A stretch of 64,000 bases of DNA, from assembly GCA_963711565.1 (NCBI GenBank), contig CAVQEQ010000003.1, forward strand, positions 1,152,001-1,216,000, given 5' to 3'. This stretch comes from an uncultured delta proteobacterium (GTDB lineage: Bacteria > Desulfobacterota > Binatia > Binatales > Binataceae). A program made the position numbers and the translations under genes. The notes under the pieces were generated by a model. That model was not told where the DNA came from. It saw nothing but the letters and a program-made list of their open reading frames with translations, and did not search any database. This document shows, one piece after another, positions 9,546 to 20,103 of this stretch (its first letter is position 1; every line of letters begins with the position of its first letter).

Positions 9546-11166
9546 TCTGATCGGTGAATTGCTTGAGTTCCGGCAACGCGAGTATCCAGGCGCCGAAGAG
9601 ATAGAGTCCGCCGTAAGTTGAAAGGATCGCGAGCCCCTGGATGCGCGGTCCGAATCCCGCCATGTGAAGCTTCATGAAGAAACCGATCGCGGCTGCTCCC
9701 AGAGCCAGCGCCCACAACTTCGCCAGGTACGAGCGCTCGAGCCCGGTCCATCCGATACGCTGATTGAGCGCCCATCGCAGCAGCGCAAACTCGACCCATC
9801 CGGAGACTCCCGCCGAAACCGTCAGCCCGGCAACGCCCCACTTTTGCGCGATTCCAAGCATGTGCGGCAGTGGAATCGCGGATAGGTAGCCGAGCACGAG
9901 CGTGAGCACGACACGGATCAGTGCGAAGCGAAGCGGTGTGCGGGTATCGAAGAGTGCGTAGAACGCCGAGTTGTACAGTCGGCCCATCGTCGCCGCTAGC
10001 AACCCGATTCCCGAACCCGCGAGCACGGCCCACACGTAAACTGCATCGGCGCGGGTGAACGCGCCGGATTGATAAATCATCGCAACGATCACGTCGCCGA
10101 GAATCAGGAAAGCCGCGGACGACGGGACCGTCATGAACGCGATTTGGCGCAGTCCCCGGTTGAGTCGCGAGCGCAGAATCGTGCTCATCTGTTCGGGCAT
10201 CGCACCCGCCGCCCGCGACATCGTGGGCAACTCCGACGCGGCCACCGAGTATCCGAACAGGCTGATCGGCACCATGTAGAGCAACTGCCCGTAGTTGAGG
10301 GCGGCGACGGCGCCGGTGGGCAACAGGCTCGCCAGGACATTGTCGATGTAAGCGCTGAGGTTGATGACGCCACGGCTGACGACCACGGGCGTCAGATTGT
10401 GGAACACGGATCGCAATGGTGCGGCGATGCGCGCGAAGTCGATGCGATGCTTCCTCAAGAGCGCCAGCGTTTGCGGAACCTGCACGGCGATTTGCAACGC
10501 GGAGCCGACGACCGAGCCCCACGAGATCGCGATCGCGAGGCCATCTTGCGAGCGGCGCGGACCGTAGTAGAGCAATGCGCCGATCATCGCGATGTTCCAT
10601 GCTACCGGCGCGGTGTACGAGATGAAGAATTTGTGATGACTGTTGAGCACGCCGAGGAACCACGCCGACATCACGAGCAAGCCAGCGCCGGGAAACAGGA
10701 TGCGCACGATCTGAATCGTCAAATCGCGCTTGTCGCCCTCGAAGCCCGGCGCGATCACGTCGATGAGATATGGCGTCACCAGCACGCCGATCGCGACCAG
10801 CACCGTTACGCCGATAGTCAGAATCGCGCCGACGCCCCAAGCGACCATGTCCGCGGTTTCCTGGTCACCCTCGCCGAGCAGTTTTCCGTAAACCGGGATG
10901 AACGACGCGGAGAGGACGCCCTCGCCGAACAGATTCTGCAGAATGTTGGGGATGCGAAAGCCGGCCTTGAACGCGTCGGCGGTAGCCGAGTCGCCGAGGA
11001 AATGCGCGAAGATGCTGTCGCGGACGAGACCGGCAAGCCGGCTGAGCAGAACGCCCGCGGCGATGACGCCGGCCTGGTTCGCGCCCGATCCGCTCGTGCT
11101 CGCAACGCCGGGACGCGGCTTGACGCGCGGTTCGTCACGTTCCTGTTTGGGTGCGATTTCGGACAA
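9496..11166 (-). CDS. murJ: Lipid II flippase MurJ
   Basis: SRLAGLVRD, DAFKAGFRIPN..LFGEG, AFYALFDTRTP; many transmembrane helices. Confidence 0.93.
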   Translation of the reverse strand: MSEIAPKQERDEPRVKPRPGVASTSGSGANQAGVIAAGVLLSRLAGLVRDSIFAHFLGDSATADAFKAGFRIPNILQNLFGEGVLSASFIPVYGKLLGEGDQETADMVAWGVGAILTIGVTVLVAIGVLVTPYLIDVIAPGFEGDKRDLTIQIVRILFPGAGLLVMSAWFLGVLNSHHKFFISYTAPVAWNIAMIGALLYYGPRRSQDGLAIAISWGSVVGSALQIAVQVPQTLALLRKHRIDFARIAAPLRSVFHNLTPVVVSRGVINLSAYIDNVLASLLPTGAVAALNYGQLLYMVPISLFGYSVAASELPTMSRAAGAMPEQMSTILRSRLNRGLRQIAFMTVPSSAAFLILGDVIVAMIYQSGAFTRADAVYVWAVLAGSGIGLLAATMGRLYNSAFYALFDTRTPLRFALIRVVLTLVLGYLSAIPLPHMLGIAQKWGVAGLTVSAGVSGWVEFALLRWALNQRIGWTGLERSYLAKLWALALGAAAIGFFMKLHMAGFGPRIQGLAILSTYGGLYLFGAWILALPELKQFTDQITRRFFPRPPSSPSDQ

Positions 11167-11245
11167 ATTTACCTCTGACGCAGGAAGTATAGCGACCGCT
11201 TCAAGCGCGTAGTAGCAGGCGTCGAAAGCGCGCTACAATCCTGGC

Positions 11246-12394
11246 GTGAGCTTTTCGCTGTACGTCCATATTCCGTGGTGCCAGTCGAAATGCCCGTACT
11301 GCGATTTCAATTCGCACGCGGCGGCGTCGTGGCCGGAAGCGGATTACACGTGCGCGCTGATTTCGGAGCTTGAGAACAGGGCGATCACGTCATCGTATTC
11401 CGGCCAGCGCATCAGAACGGTTTTTTTTGGCGGCGGAACGCCGTCGTTGTTCGATCCCAAATCCATCGGGGAGATCATCGATGCCGCCGATCGCGTTTGC
11501 GGAATCGAAGCCGATGCAGAGATAACGCTCGAAGCAAATCCCGGCACCGTCAACCTTGCGAAGCTCGCCGGGATGCGCGCGGCGGGCGTGAACCGAATCA
11601 GTTTCGGCGCCCAGTCGTTCAATGCGGCGACGCTCAAATTTCTCGGCCGGATTCATAGCGCCGACGAAACCCGCGCGGCGGCAAAGATGGCGCACCGTGC
11701 CGGCTTCGATCGACTCAATCTCGATTTGATCTTCGCGGTCCCCGGCCAGACGGTCACTGATGTTCTGTTCGATATCGAATCTGTGGTCGCGCTCGAGCCC
11801 GATCACATCTCGGCTTACAACCTGACCTTCGAAGAGGGCACGGCATTTTTCACGGACTTGAAGCGCGGACGAATCAAGCAACTCGCGACGGACGAGCAGG
11901 CCGCGATGTATCAAGCGGTGCGCGAGGAAATCCCGCGGCGCGGCTACGCGATGTATGAAATTTCGAACTACGCGGCGCTGGGACACGAGGCGCGCCACAA
12001 TCTGACGTACTGGCGCGGCCAGACCTACCTGGGAATCGGCGCGGGCGCTCACAGTTACGCGGGCGATGGGCGCGGCGGACGGCGATGGTGGAACGAGAAG
12101 CTCCCAGCGCGATACATCGCCGCGATCGAGGAGCGCGCTAATGCCGAGGCCGGTGCCGAGACGATCGATGAAGCCACCGCGCAGAGCGAGTTCGTGTTCC
12201 TGAATCTGCGGCTGCGCGAAGGCTTCGCGCTGGCCGATTTTCACCAGCGCTTCGGCCGCAACTTCGAATGCATCTTCGGCGGCATCGCCACGCCGCTGTT
12301 CAATGACGGATTGCTGTCGCTCGAGAGCGGCCGGATCAAGCTGACAGATCGCGGCCTCGAGATGGCTGACTCAGTTTTCGCCGAATTCGTTTAG
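11246..12394 (+). CDS. hemW: Radical SAM heme chaperone HemW
   Basis: YVHIPWCQSKCPYCDF, GGGTPS, YEISNY, HNLTYW. Confidence 0.9.
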   Translation: MSFSLYVHIPWCQSKCPYCDFNSHAAASWPEADYTCALISELENRAITSSYSGQRIRTVFFGGGTPSLFDPKSIGEIIDAADRVCGIEADAEITLEANPGTVNLAKLAGMRAAGVNRISFGAQSFNAATLKFLGRIHSADETRAAAKMAHRAGFDRLNLDLIFAVPGQTVTDVLFDIESVVALEPDHISAYNLTFEEGTAFFTDLKRGRIKQLATDEQAAMYQAVREEIPRRGYAMYEISNYAALGHEARHNLTYWRGQTYLGIGAGAHSYAGDGRGGRRWWNEKLPARYIAAIEERANAEAGAETIDEATAQSEFVFLNLRLREGFALADFHQRFGRNFECIFGGIATPLFNDGLLSLESGRIKLTDRGLEMADSVFAEFV

Positions 12395-12405
12395 GCTCAA
12401 TCAGA

Positions 12406-13497
12406 TCAACGCATTTCTCGCTCGACGACTTCCGGCCGATAGACCGACATATTCTCGATCAACTTTTGAAACGTCATGGAATTGCATACGTAGGTCATGA
12501 CCATGCTTCCGGTTGGCGGCGAGAACTCCGGATGTTCCTTAGCCGCGTAGCAAAACGTGTCGCGATCGTATTGCGGGTCGCCCTTGCTCATCTGTGGGAA
12601 CGAGTAAATGGGTTCGGGTTCCGACCACGGTCCTTCGAGGGTCGGCGCTTCCCTGACAACTATTTCGCCCGAGAAAAGCTCTGGGCCATTCTGTACCGCG
12701 ATCCACTTGTTGATCGATGCGTGATAGCGGACGCTCATTTCGGTCGCTCCGCGATCGATTACGATTCGCGCATTGTTTAAGTCGCCGGCAGCTTTCCACG
12801 CGCCGTCGTTTGTAAGGTATCTGATAGAGTCGCGGGGCCGATCTATCTGCTTGATCGCGATACGCGCCAGAATCATCGGATGGCTCTTGTGCTGCGCGTC
12901 GTCCAACACAGCGTACAAATAAACATAGTCGCCACTCACGATCGTCGTTACACCTGGGAACGCCAATTTGCTGTCCGAGAGATCGAGATACTTAACCGTC
13001 CAGCGCGCCGGATCATCAAGCGGATTACTAATTCTCGCCAGGCTGACTCCGATCATTTCGAAGCCGAACGGACTATCTTTCGGCTCGTGGACGATCTTCG
13101 CCAGAGCAACGTACAAAGTTCCGCTCAAGTAGAAGCCGTCGAGCGGCCAATAGTGGAACCGTTCGACGCCGGACGTGAAAAATGGCTGCGGCACCTCGGC
13201 GCCGCGATTTCTCCAGTAGTAGCGAATGCTCCAGCTTCCTTTCGCGCATGAAGATATTGCGATCGTGTTGGACACCATTCTGGATCCGCTGCGAGTCTTT
13301 CGACTGGGATCGCCGACAAACGAATCACCAAATAACCAGACAGCCTCGGTGTCTGATAAGCGGATGGAGTAGGCGGCGTCGCCGCCGAGCCAGCCCTCGT
13401 TGTACGGAAACGACGGGGTGCATATTGCCGCGACGCCGGATGCTGAGCAGACGACGATGCACGTCGCGAACGCAAAGAGTCCGAGCGCGCGGATCAT
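12406..13497 (-). CDS. Secreted beta-propeller-like protein (DUF4185/DUF5005-like)
   Basis: Signal peptide, GWLGGDAAYS, WLFGDSF, GPWS, YAAKEHP. Confidence 0.6.
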   Translation of the reverse strand: MIRALGLFAFATCIVVCSASGVAAICTPSFPYNEGWLGGDAAYSIRLSDTEAVWLFGDSFVGDPSRKTRSGSRMVSNTIAISSCAKGSWSIRYYWRNRGAEVPQPFFTSGVERFHYWPLDGFYLSGTLYVALAKIVHEPKDSPFGFEMIGVSLARISNPLDDPARWTVKYLDLSDSKLAFPGVTTIVSGDYVYLYAVLDDAQHKSHPMILARIAIKQIDRPRDSIRYLTNDGAWKAAGDLNNARIVIDRGATEMSVRYHASINKWIAVQNGPELFSGEIVVREAPTLEGPWSEPEPIYSFPQMSKGDPQYDRDTFCYAAKEHPEFSPPTGSMVMTYVCNSMTFQKLIENMSVYRPEVVEREMR

Positions 13498-13525
13498 ATA
13501 TTCGACGGAGTGGCGGCGCGCTCGT

Positions 13526-15154
13526 TCAGGAGATGCGCGCGATCGTTGCGTCGAGCAGTTCGACGACGCGTGCTGGTGTGGCGAGGCGGATGAACGCGCC
13601 GAGGCGCGGGCCGCGTTCCTGCCCCAGAATCGAGCGATACAGCAGCGGAAAAATCTTGCCGGGCTTGTCGTAGTTTTCGCGGCCGAGATCGTAAATCTTC
13701 TTCTCGATCTCTTCGGCGCTCGCATCCTGATTTTCGCGCAGGTACCTGTCGAGCGTTTTCAGTTGCGCGCGTTCCGCATCCGTCGGTATGTGGATTTTTT
13801 TCGTCGGCTCGACGAAGTCGCGGTAGAAGTTCAGCGCACATTCCATCAGCGCGCGGCCCATTTTCTCGGTTTCAGGATCGCTCGCGATCGACGCATCGTA
13901 ACGCTCGATATATTTCCAGATGAAATCGCGATCCGAACTGCCGAGCGCGGCGACCGCGTTCATCATTAATCCGAACGTGAGCGCCGAGTTAAATCTTTGC
14001 GGCGTCGTGCTCTGGATCACATATTCGAGCACCGACTCGCGACGTTGCTCCTCCGATGCCGCCGCATATTCGCGCAGCGCATCGAGGTATTCATCGACGT
14101 ATTGCGGAATCGACTCGAGGAACAACTTGCGCGCGCGCCGCGGATTGAGCAGCAGGAACATTTTGAGCACTTCGATCGGCGCGTAACGCGTCCACTGATC
14201 AACCGTCACGCCGCGCCCGACTGACTTCGAGACCTTGCGGCCTTCCTCGTCGAGGAACATCTCGAACGGAAATCCCAGCGGCGGCCGCGCGCCCATCACG
14301 CGGAGTATTTGTCCCGAGAGCCGCGCCGAGTCGGTGAGGTCCTTGCCGTACAATTCATAATCGACCTTGAGCACGTACCATCGCAGCGCCCAATCGACTT
14401 TCCACTGCACCTTCGCTTTACCGCCGAGGACAGACTGCTCGCCGCTAAAACCGCATCCCGATACCCCGCCCGCGCTCTTTTCGCAGATGAACTCGACGGA
14501 CGCGCGCTCGGAGTGATAGGCCGTCACCGCGCGCTCGACGACCTGCCCGCACTTCGGACAGATCGGCATGAACGGCGACCATCCCGCGCGATTCTCCTCG
14601 CGCAGCGTCGGCGCGATGATCGCGATGATCTCTGCGTGCTTCTCGAGGATCAGTTTCAGTCCGTCGTCGAAGCGCCCCGACGAGTACATCTCCGACGCGC
14701 GAGCCAATTCGTATTCAACCTCAACCGGCGCGAGGAATCCGCCGAGTTGCGCAAGCATGTGATCGGCAAAACTTGCGCAGCATCCGAACGGGTCGGGAAT
14801 CTTGGAGACGGGAACGCCCAGATACTGCTCAACGTCCTCGCGGTTAGGCACATTCTCCGGCACTTTGCGGAGTCCGTCGAGATCGTCGATGAAAACGATC
14901 AGCCGCGACGGCCGCGACGGCTCGAGCAGACGGAACGCCTTGCGCACGAACGACGGGCGAAGAATCTCCGCCATCGTGCCCAGATGCGGCAAGCCCGACG
15001 GCCCGAAGCCGCTCTGAAAAATTACCGGACGAGCGGGCTCGTACGCAGCGACCCTCTCCGCAAGCCTCCGCGCTTCCTCATGCGGCCAAAGTTCCGCGCC
15101 CGCCGCGCCGCCGGATTGCGAATCGGATTTTTCTGATTTAGACGCGCCTGCCAT
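13526..15154 (-). CDS. lysS: Class I lysyl-tRNA synthetase
   Basis: SGFGPSGLPHLG (HIGH-like), KVQWKVDWALRW, GKDL, KVSKS, GPRLGAF. Confidence 0.93.
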   Translation of the reverse strand: MAGASKSEKSDSQSGGAAGAELWPHEEARRLAERVAAYEPARPVIFQSGFGPSGLPHLGTMAEILRPSFVRKAFRLLEPSRPSRLIVFIDDLDGLRKVPENVPNREDVEQYLGVPVSKIPDPFGCCASFADHMLAQLGGFLAPVEVEYELARASEMYSSGRFDDGLKLILEKHAEIIAIIAPTLREENRAGWSPFMPICPKCGQVVERAVTAYHSERASVEFICEKSAGGVSGCGFSGEQSVLGGKAKVQWKVDWALRWYVLKVDYELYGKDLTDSARLSGQILRVMGARPPLGFPFEMFLDEEGRKVSKSVGRGVTVDQWTRYAPIEVLKMFLLLNPRRARKLFLESIPQYVDEYLDALREYAAASEEQRRESVLEYVIQSTTPQRFNSALTFGLMMNAVAALGSSDRDFIWKYIERYDASIASDPETEKMGRALMECALNFYRDFVEPTKKIHIPTDAERAQLKTLDRYLRENQDASAEEIEKKIYDLGRENYDKPGKIFPLLYRSILGQERGPRLGAFIRLATPARVVELLDATIARIS

Positions 15155-15170
15155 CGGTTGGATTTCTTCC

Positions 15171-15422
15171 TTAGTCTTCCGGCTTGTCGGGATTCTTGCC
15201 GCGCAGCACGCTCGCGACCGCCTCGTGTATCCACGGATCGATCTGCAAGTCGCGATTTTTCTCCGAGGCGAGCCGGAGTTTAACCGCGCAGTTGCCGCAG
15301 ATAAAGGCCTGCCGGCGAAAGCCCGCCGTATCCTCGACGGAAATACGCAGCAGCCAGTCGGCAAATTCGCGGCGACAGATTGCGCAGTGATATTTGCTGG
15401 AATCTGAACTTGGTGAATCCAT
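15171..15422 (-). CDS. Small C4 zinc-finger protein (ClpX zinc-binding-domain-like)
   Basis: CAIC...FICGNC; ends 16 bp before the lysS start, with the lysS RBS at its end. Confidence 0.6.
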   Translation of the reverse strand: MDSPSSDSSKYHCAICRREFADWLLRISVEDTAGFRRQAFICGNCAVKLRLASEKNRDLQIDPWIHEAVASVLRGKNPDKPED

Positions 15423-15653
15423 AGCCGCCTGTTATTCTATATCATTGCGTCAACTCTTTGCGCTGTGATATTCCCCTTCCACCGATGAATTCCACGACGA
15501 TTCGCCAAGATCGCGACTCCTGCCCGCATTTTCGGACCGCTGGTCCCGTTATTCGGGTTGTTCGCACCACGGCCGCCCGCACTCGAGCTATCCGCGACTA
15601 AACTATCGATTCTTCCCGTCGTCGCTCGACGCGACACGGGTTTATTTCATTTT

Positions 15654-16694
15654 ATGGATCAGGCGTTCACCAAGCAGAAGATCAAGGAATTGCGCGCGAT
15701 GGTCGGCGAGGGCGATCGCGTCGCGATCATCCTGCAGGACGACCCCGATCCCGACGCGATGTCGAGCGGGATAGCTCTGCGTGCTCTGCTCGGGCGCAAC
15801 CGGCAGACCACACCGTTGTTCGCGTTCAAGCCCGTCACGCGGCCGGAAAATCTCACGATGGTGCATCTGCTGGAGATTCAAATCCAGCCGGCCACGACCG
15901 AGGACCTGCGCGCGTTCGACAAGATCGCGATGGTCGACGTACAGCCGCCGTTCTTCGGCGAGAAAATTCCGCGCGCCGATATCGCGATCGATCATCATCC
16001 CGGCTACCCCGGCGGCGCTGCTCCGTTCGAGGACGTGCGCATCAAGTACGGCGCTACCGCCACGATCATGACCGAGTACCTGCTTACGGCCGACGAAAAG
16101 ATCAGCGAGCGGCTGGCGACCGCGCTGCTCTACGGAATTCGCAGCGACACTTTGGCCCTGTCGCGCCGCGTCACCGACGACGATCTGCAAGCGTTCGCTC
16201 ATCTCACTCCGCTCGCCAACTACAGTCTGCTCCGGCAAATGGATCGTCCCGAGCTCCCTCTGAGTTTCGCGCAAATCCTGGCTCGCGCGATGAAACGGAT
16301 GGTCGTCAGGGATCGCCTGGTCGTACTCAATCTCGGAACCGTCAAGCGCGACGATCTGATCGTGCAGATGGCGGATTTCTGTCTGCAGTTCGAGGGAGTG
16401 TCCTGGGTCGCGGTCGCCGGCAAGCTCGACGGCAAACTCGTCATAAGCGTTCGCAACCACGGGATGAGCGGTGAGAACGCGGGCGAGACAGTGAAAAGCC
16501 TGTTCGCCGATATCGGCAGCGCCGGCGGCCATCGCAACATGTCCAAGGCTGTGATCCCGCTGCGAGCGTGGCGCCGGCGCGAGAGCACTACGCGTGACTC
16601 GCAAATCGAAGCGCGTCTGCGCGAATTGTTCACCGCAGGCATCAAGGCCGAAGCTGCCGCCATTCGCAACCCGCCCGGCCGCAATGGCAACTGA
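15654..16694 (+). CDS. DHH family phosphoesterase (NrnA-like)
   Basis: DPDPDA, IDHHP, YGIRSDT, SAGGH. Confidence 0.88.
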   Translation: MDQAFTKQKIKELRAMVGEGDRVAIILQDDPDPDAMSSGIALRALLGRNRQTTPLFAFKPVTRPENLTMVHLLEIQIQPATTEDLRAFDKIAMVDVQPPFFGEKIPRADIAIDHHPGYPGGAAPFEDVRIKYGATATIMTEYLLTADEKISERLATALLYGIRSDTLALSRRVTDDDLQAFAHLTPLANYSLLRQMDRPELPLSFAQILARAMKRMVVRDRLVVLNLGTVKRDDLIVQMADFCLQFEGVSWVAVAGKLDGKLVISVRNHGMSGENAGETVKSLFADIGSAGGHRNMSKAVIPLRAWRRRESTTRDSQIEARLRELFTAGIKAEAAAIRNPPGRNGN

Positions 16695-16781
16695 CGCGCA
16701 TTGCAGTCTGCATCGAGCCGGCCGTTTACCGGTTCCGCCGATTTCCATATCGTAGTTGTCGTCCATGATTCTTTTGCTGCG

Positions 16782-18236
16782 ATGAGTTCTGAGCCCTCCA
16801 AGCTTCGCGCGCTTGAATTCCTGGCGCCGATGATCGTCGGCTGCGCGCTGTTCATGGAGATGCTCGACTCGACGGTCATCTCGACCGCGTTGCCGGTGAT
16901 GGCCAAGGCGTTGGGCGAGGATCCGATCAAGCTCAATCTCGCGATTACTTCCTACCTGCTGAGCCTCGCCGTTTTCATCCCGGTCAGCGGTTGGATGGCG
17001 GATCGATTCGGCGCGCGCACAGTCTTTCGATCCGCGATAGTAATCTTCACCATCGGTTCGGTGCTATGCGGAGTTTCGCAATCGCTGTCGCAACTGGTCG
17101 CGGCGCGTATCGCGCAGGGCTTCGGCGGGGCGATGATGGTCCCTGTCGGCCGCATCATTGTCCTGAAAACCGTCGCCAAGGCCGACTTGGTGACCGCGAT
17201 GTCGTACTTGACGGTGCCGGCGGTGCTGGGTCCGGTGGTCGGGCCGCCGGTCGGCGGGTTCATCGTGACGTATTATTCGTGGCGTTGGATTTTCTTCATC
17301 AACGTGCCCATTGGCCTGATCGGCATCACGCTGGTCACCTGGTACATCCCCAACATCCGCGAGGACAAGGTCTTCCCGCTCGACTTCCGCGGCTTTCTGC
17401 TAACAGGCCTGGGGCTGGCAGGGATGGTCTCCGCGTTCGAGTCGATCGGCCGCGGCGTTATCCCCGCGAGTATCATCATGTGCGTGATGGCCGGCGGCGG
17501 AATCTGCATGGCGCTCTACATACTTCACGCCAAGCGCATCGACTACCCGATCATCGACCTGGGGTTGATGAAAGTCCCGACCTTCCTGGTGGCGACGTTG
17601 GGCGGCGGACTCTATCGCATGGGTATTGGCGCGTTGCCGTTCCTGTTGGCGATGCTGCTGCAGTTGGTTTTCGGACTCAGCCCGTTCGCCTCCGGGATGC
17701 TGACCTTCGCCAGCGCCGCCGGCGCGATGTTGATGAAAGTAACCGCACCACCCATCATCCGCCGTCTGGGCTTTCGCTCAGTGTTGATCGGCAACGGCGC
17801 CCTCAGCGCTTTCATCATGATGGGCTACGCGCTGTTCCGCTCGACGACGCCCCATTACATCATCGTGCTGGCGCTCCTGACGGGCGGGTTCTTCCGATCG
17901 CTGCAATTCACCGCGCTGGGAACCCTGGCCTATGCCGACGTGCCCAATTCGTCGATGAGCAGCGCGAGCACTCTGGCGAGCATGGCGCAGCAACTGTTCC
18001 TGAGCCTCGGCGTGGCGCTCGGCGCGACGCTGTTGCACATGAGCCTGACAGCGAGCGGCTCCTCTCATCTGTTAACGCATGATTTCACACCGGCCTTCGT
18101 GGTCATGGGAGTTCTCGCGCTGCTGTCGTCGTTGTTCTTCGTCCCGCTCGAATATCACGCGGGCGACGAAGTGAGCGGCCGCCAGCGCGGCGTCGAGCTC
18201 GCGCGCACGCCGCAGACAGTCACGGAAGCGGATTGA
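16782..18236 (+). CDS. MFS transporter, DHA2 family (14 TM)
   Basis: MLDSTVISTALP, GWMADRFGAR, GPVVGPPVGG, WRWIFFINVPIG. Confidence 0.93.
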   Translation: MSSEPSKLRALEFLAPMIVGCALFMEMLDSTVISTALPVMAKALGEDPIKLNLAITSYLLSLAVFIPVSGWMADRFGARTVFRSAIVIFTIGSVLCGVSQSLSQLVAARIAQGFGGAMMVPVGRIIVLKTVAKADLVTAMSYLTVPAVLGPVVGPPVGGFIVTYYSWRWIFFINVPIGLIGITLVTWYIPNIREDKVFPLDFRGFLLTGLGLAGMVSAFESIGRGVIPASIIMCVMAGGGICMALYILHAKRIDYPIIDLGLMKVPTFLVATLGGGLYRMGIGALPFLLAMLLQLVFGLSPFASGMLTFASAAGAMLMKVTAPPIIRRLGFRSVLIGNGALSAFIMMGYALFRSTTPHYIIVLALLTGGFFRSLQFTALGTLAYADVPNSSMSSASTLASMAQQLFLSLGVALGATLLHMSLTASGSSHLLTHDFTPAFVVMGVLALLSSLFFVPLEYHAGDEVSGRQRGVELARTPQTVTEAD

Positions 18237-18279
18237 TCGCGCGCAGTCGTTTACCGAGACCGTCGATACCTTTATCGTA

Positions 18280-18561
18280 ATGCTCGTGAACGTGGCGGAG
18301 GCGACTGTGGAGGTAAAGAACCGGCTCGGACTTCATCTCCGGGCCGCGTCCGCACTCGCGCAAACGGCGGCAAAATTCACCTCGAAAATCATGATCGGCA
18401 CCGGCACGGACGACCTCGTTAACGCCAAGAGCATGACGAACCTCATGATGCTCGGCGCTGCGCAAGGCTCCAGGCTAAAGATCCGCGCCGAGGGCGCAGA
18501 CGCGCGCGAAGCCCTGAAGGCGGTACAGACGCTGTTCGACGAGAAGTTCGGAGAGGAGTGA
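18280..18561 (+). CDS. ptsH: Phosphocarrier protein HPr
   Basis: GLHLRAAS (His15 region) and NAKSM (Ser46 region). Confidence 0.9.
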   Translation: MLVNVAEATVEVKNRLGLHLRAASALAQTAAKFTSKIMIGTGTDDLVNAKSMTNLMMLGAAQGSRLKIRAEGADAREALKAVQTLFDEKFGEE

Positions 18562-18614
18562 CCTCACCTCTTTGTCCGAATCCTAGCCTCTCATTGTCCG
18601 AGGATGAGGTGAGG
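18562..18614. repeat. Degenerate palindromic repeat, family B
   Basis: CCTCACCTC..GAGGTGAGG inverted arms; core TAGCCTCTCATTGTCCGAGGATGAGGT resembles 58331-58356. Confidence 0.7.
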
Positions 18615-18850
18615 ATTAGCCCCCATATCTTGATTCTGTCCGATTGGTCAGTTATACCTTCACTACCTGAAAATCTGAGGCGTGCTGCCGTTTTTTCGCT
18701 TTTTTCCCTCTCCGGCAGGCGCTATGCTGACCCTCTTGAACAGAACTAAATTGAACCCCTCAGTCACGCGCGCCGCCGCCCGCATCAGTTGAGTTCCGGT
18801 CTGCCGCGGGCATCGAGAAAAAGGCGCTTTGCAAGGAGCAATCGCGAATA

Positions 18851-20038
18851 ATGCCGCTTAAGGATTTCCTTTTCACCTCCGAGTCGGTCTCCGAAGGCCA
18901 TCCCGACAAGATGTGCGACCAGATTTCCGACGCCGTCCTCGACGCGCTACTCGCCGAGGACTCCAACTCACGAGTCGCGCTCGAGTCGCTCGCCAAGACC
19001 GGGCTGATCGTGCTCGCGGGCGAGATCACCAGCCGCGCGAAGCCCGACTACGTCAAAATCGCGCGCCAGACCGCGGTCGAGATTGGCTACAACAGCACCG
19101 AGGTCGGTTTCGACGGCAACAGTTGCGCTGTCCTCACCGCCATCGAGCCGCAGTCAGCCGATATTTCCCAAGGCGTCACCGAGGGCGAAGGACTCCACAA
19201 AGAACAGGGCGCCGGCGATCAGGGCCTGATGTTCGGGTTCGCATGCGACGAGACGCCTGAGATCATGCCGCTGCCGATCGCGATGGCGCATCGGCTGATG
19301 GAAAATCTCACCAAACTCCGCAAAACCCGTCAGCTCGATTTTCTGCGCCCCGACGCCAAGAGCCAGGTCACCGTGCGCTACGTCAACGGCCGCCCGGTCG
19401 AAGTAACCGCGGTCGTCATCTCGACGCAGCATTCGCCCGAAGTCAAATACGAAAGAATCCGCGAGTCGATCATCGAGGAACTGATCAAGAAGACGATTCC
19501 CGCGCAGTACCTGACGCGCTCGACAGTCTACCACGTGAATCCGACCGGCAGCTTCATCATCGGCGGACCGCATGGCGATTGCGGGCTCACCGGCCGCAAA
19601 ATTATCGTCGATACCTACGGCGGCTACGGCCGTCATGGCGGCGGCGCGTTCTCGGGCAAAGATCCGAGCAAGGTCGATCGCTCGGCCTGCTACATGGCCC
19701 GTCACGTCGCGAAAAATGTCGTCGCGGCCGGACTCGCGACGAAATGCGAAATCCAGGTCGCGTATGCGATTGGCGTCGCCGAGCCGGTTTCGATCCTCGT
19801 CAACACCTTCGACACCGGCAAGGTGCCCGAGAACAAGCTCTCCGCAACCCTGCGCGAGCTGTTCGATTTCCGGCCCGCCGGCATCATCAAGACGCTCAAC
19901 TTGAAGCGCCCGATCTATCAGCCGACCGCCGCCTACGGGCATTTCGGCCGCAACCCGCATGACGGACTGTTCCCGTGGGAGCGCGTCGACATGGCCGAGA
20001 CTCTGCGCAACGCCTTCGGCCTCAACGGCCGCAGCTGA
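18851..20038 (+). CDS. metK: S-adenosylmethionine synthetase
   Basis: [35 protein letters not shown]. Confidence 0.98.
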   Translation: MPLKDFLFTSESVSEGHPDKMCDQISDAVLDALLAEDSNSRVALESLAKTGLIVLAGEITSRAKPDYVKIARQTAVEIGYNSTEVGFDGNSCAVLTAIEPQSADISQGVTEGEGLHKEQGAGDQGLMFGFACDETPEIMPLPIAMAHRLMENLTKLRKTRQLDFLRPDAKSQVTVRYVNGRPVEVTAVVISTQHSPEVKYERIRESIIEELIKKTIPAQYLTRSTVYHVNPTGSFIIGGPHGDCGLTGRKIIVDTYGGYGRHGGGAFSGKDPSKVDRSACYMARHVAKNVVAAGLATKCEIQVAYAIGVAEPVSILVNTFDTGKVPENKLSATLRELFDFRPAGIIKTLNLKRPIYQPTAAYGHFGRNPHDGLFPWERVDMAETLRNAFGLNGRS

Positions 20039-20103
20039 TCGCGCTCGCGGGCCGCTTCACCAAATCAGATAGTAACTTTCCTGAAAGACGGAGATTCATC
20101 ACG

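Noticed and set aside
18615-18850. SAM or SAH riboswitch upstream of metK-ahcY
   Set aside because: No recognisable SAM-I, SAM-II or SAH core motifs by eye; the obvious hairpin belongs to repeat family B. An Rfam scan would settle it.
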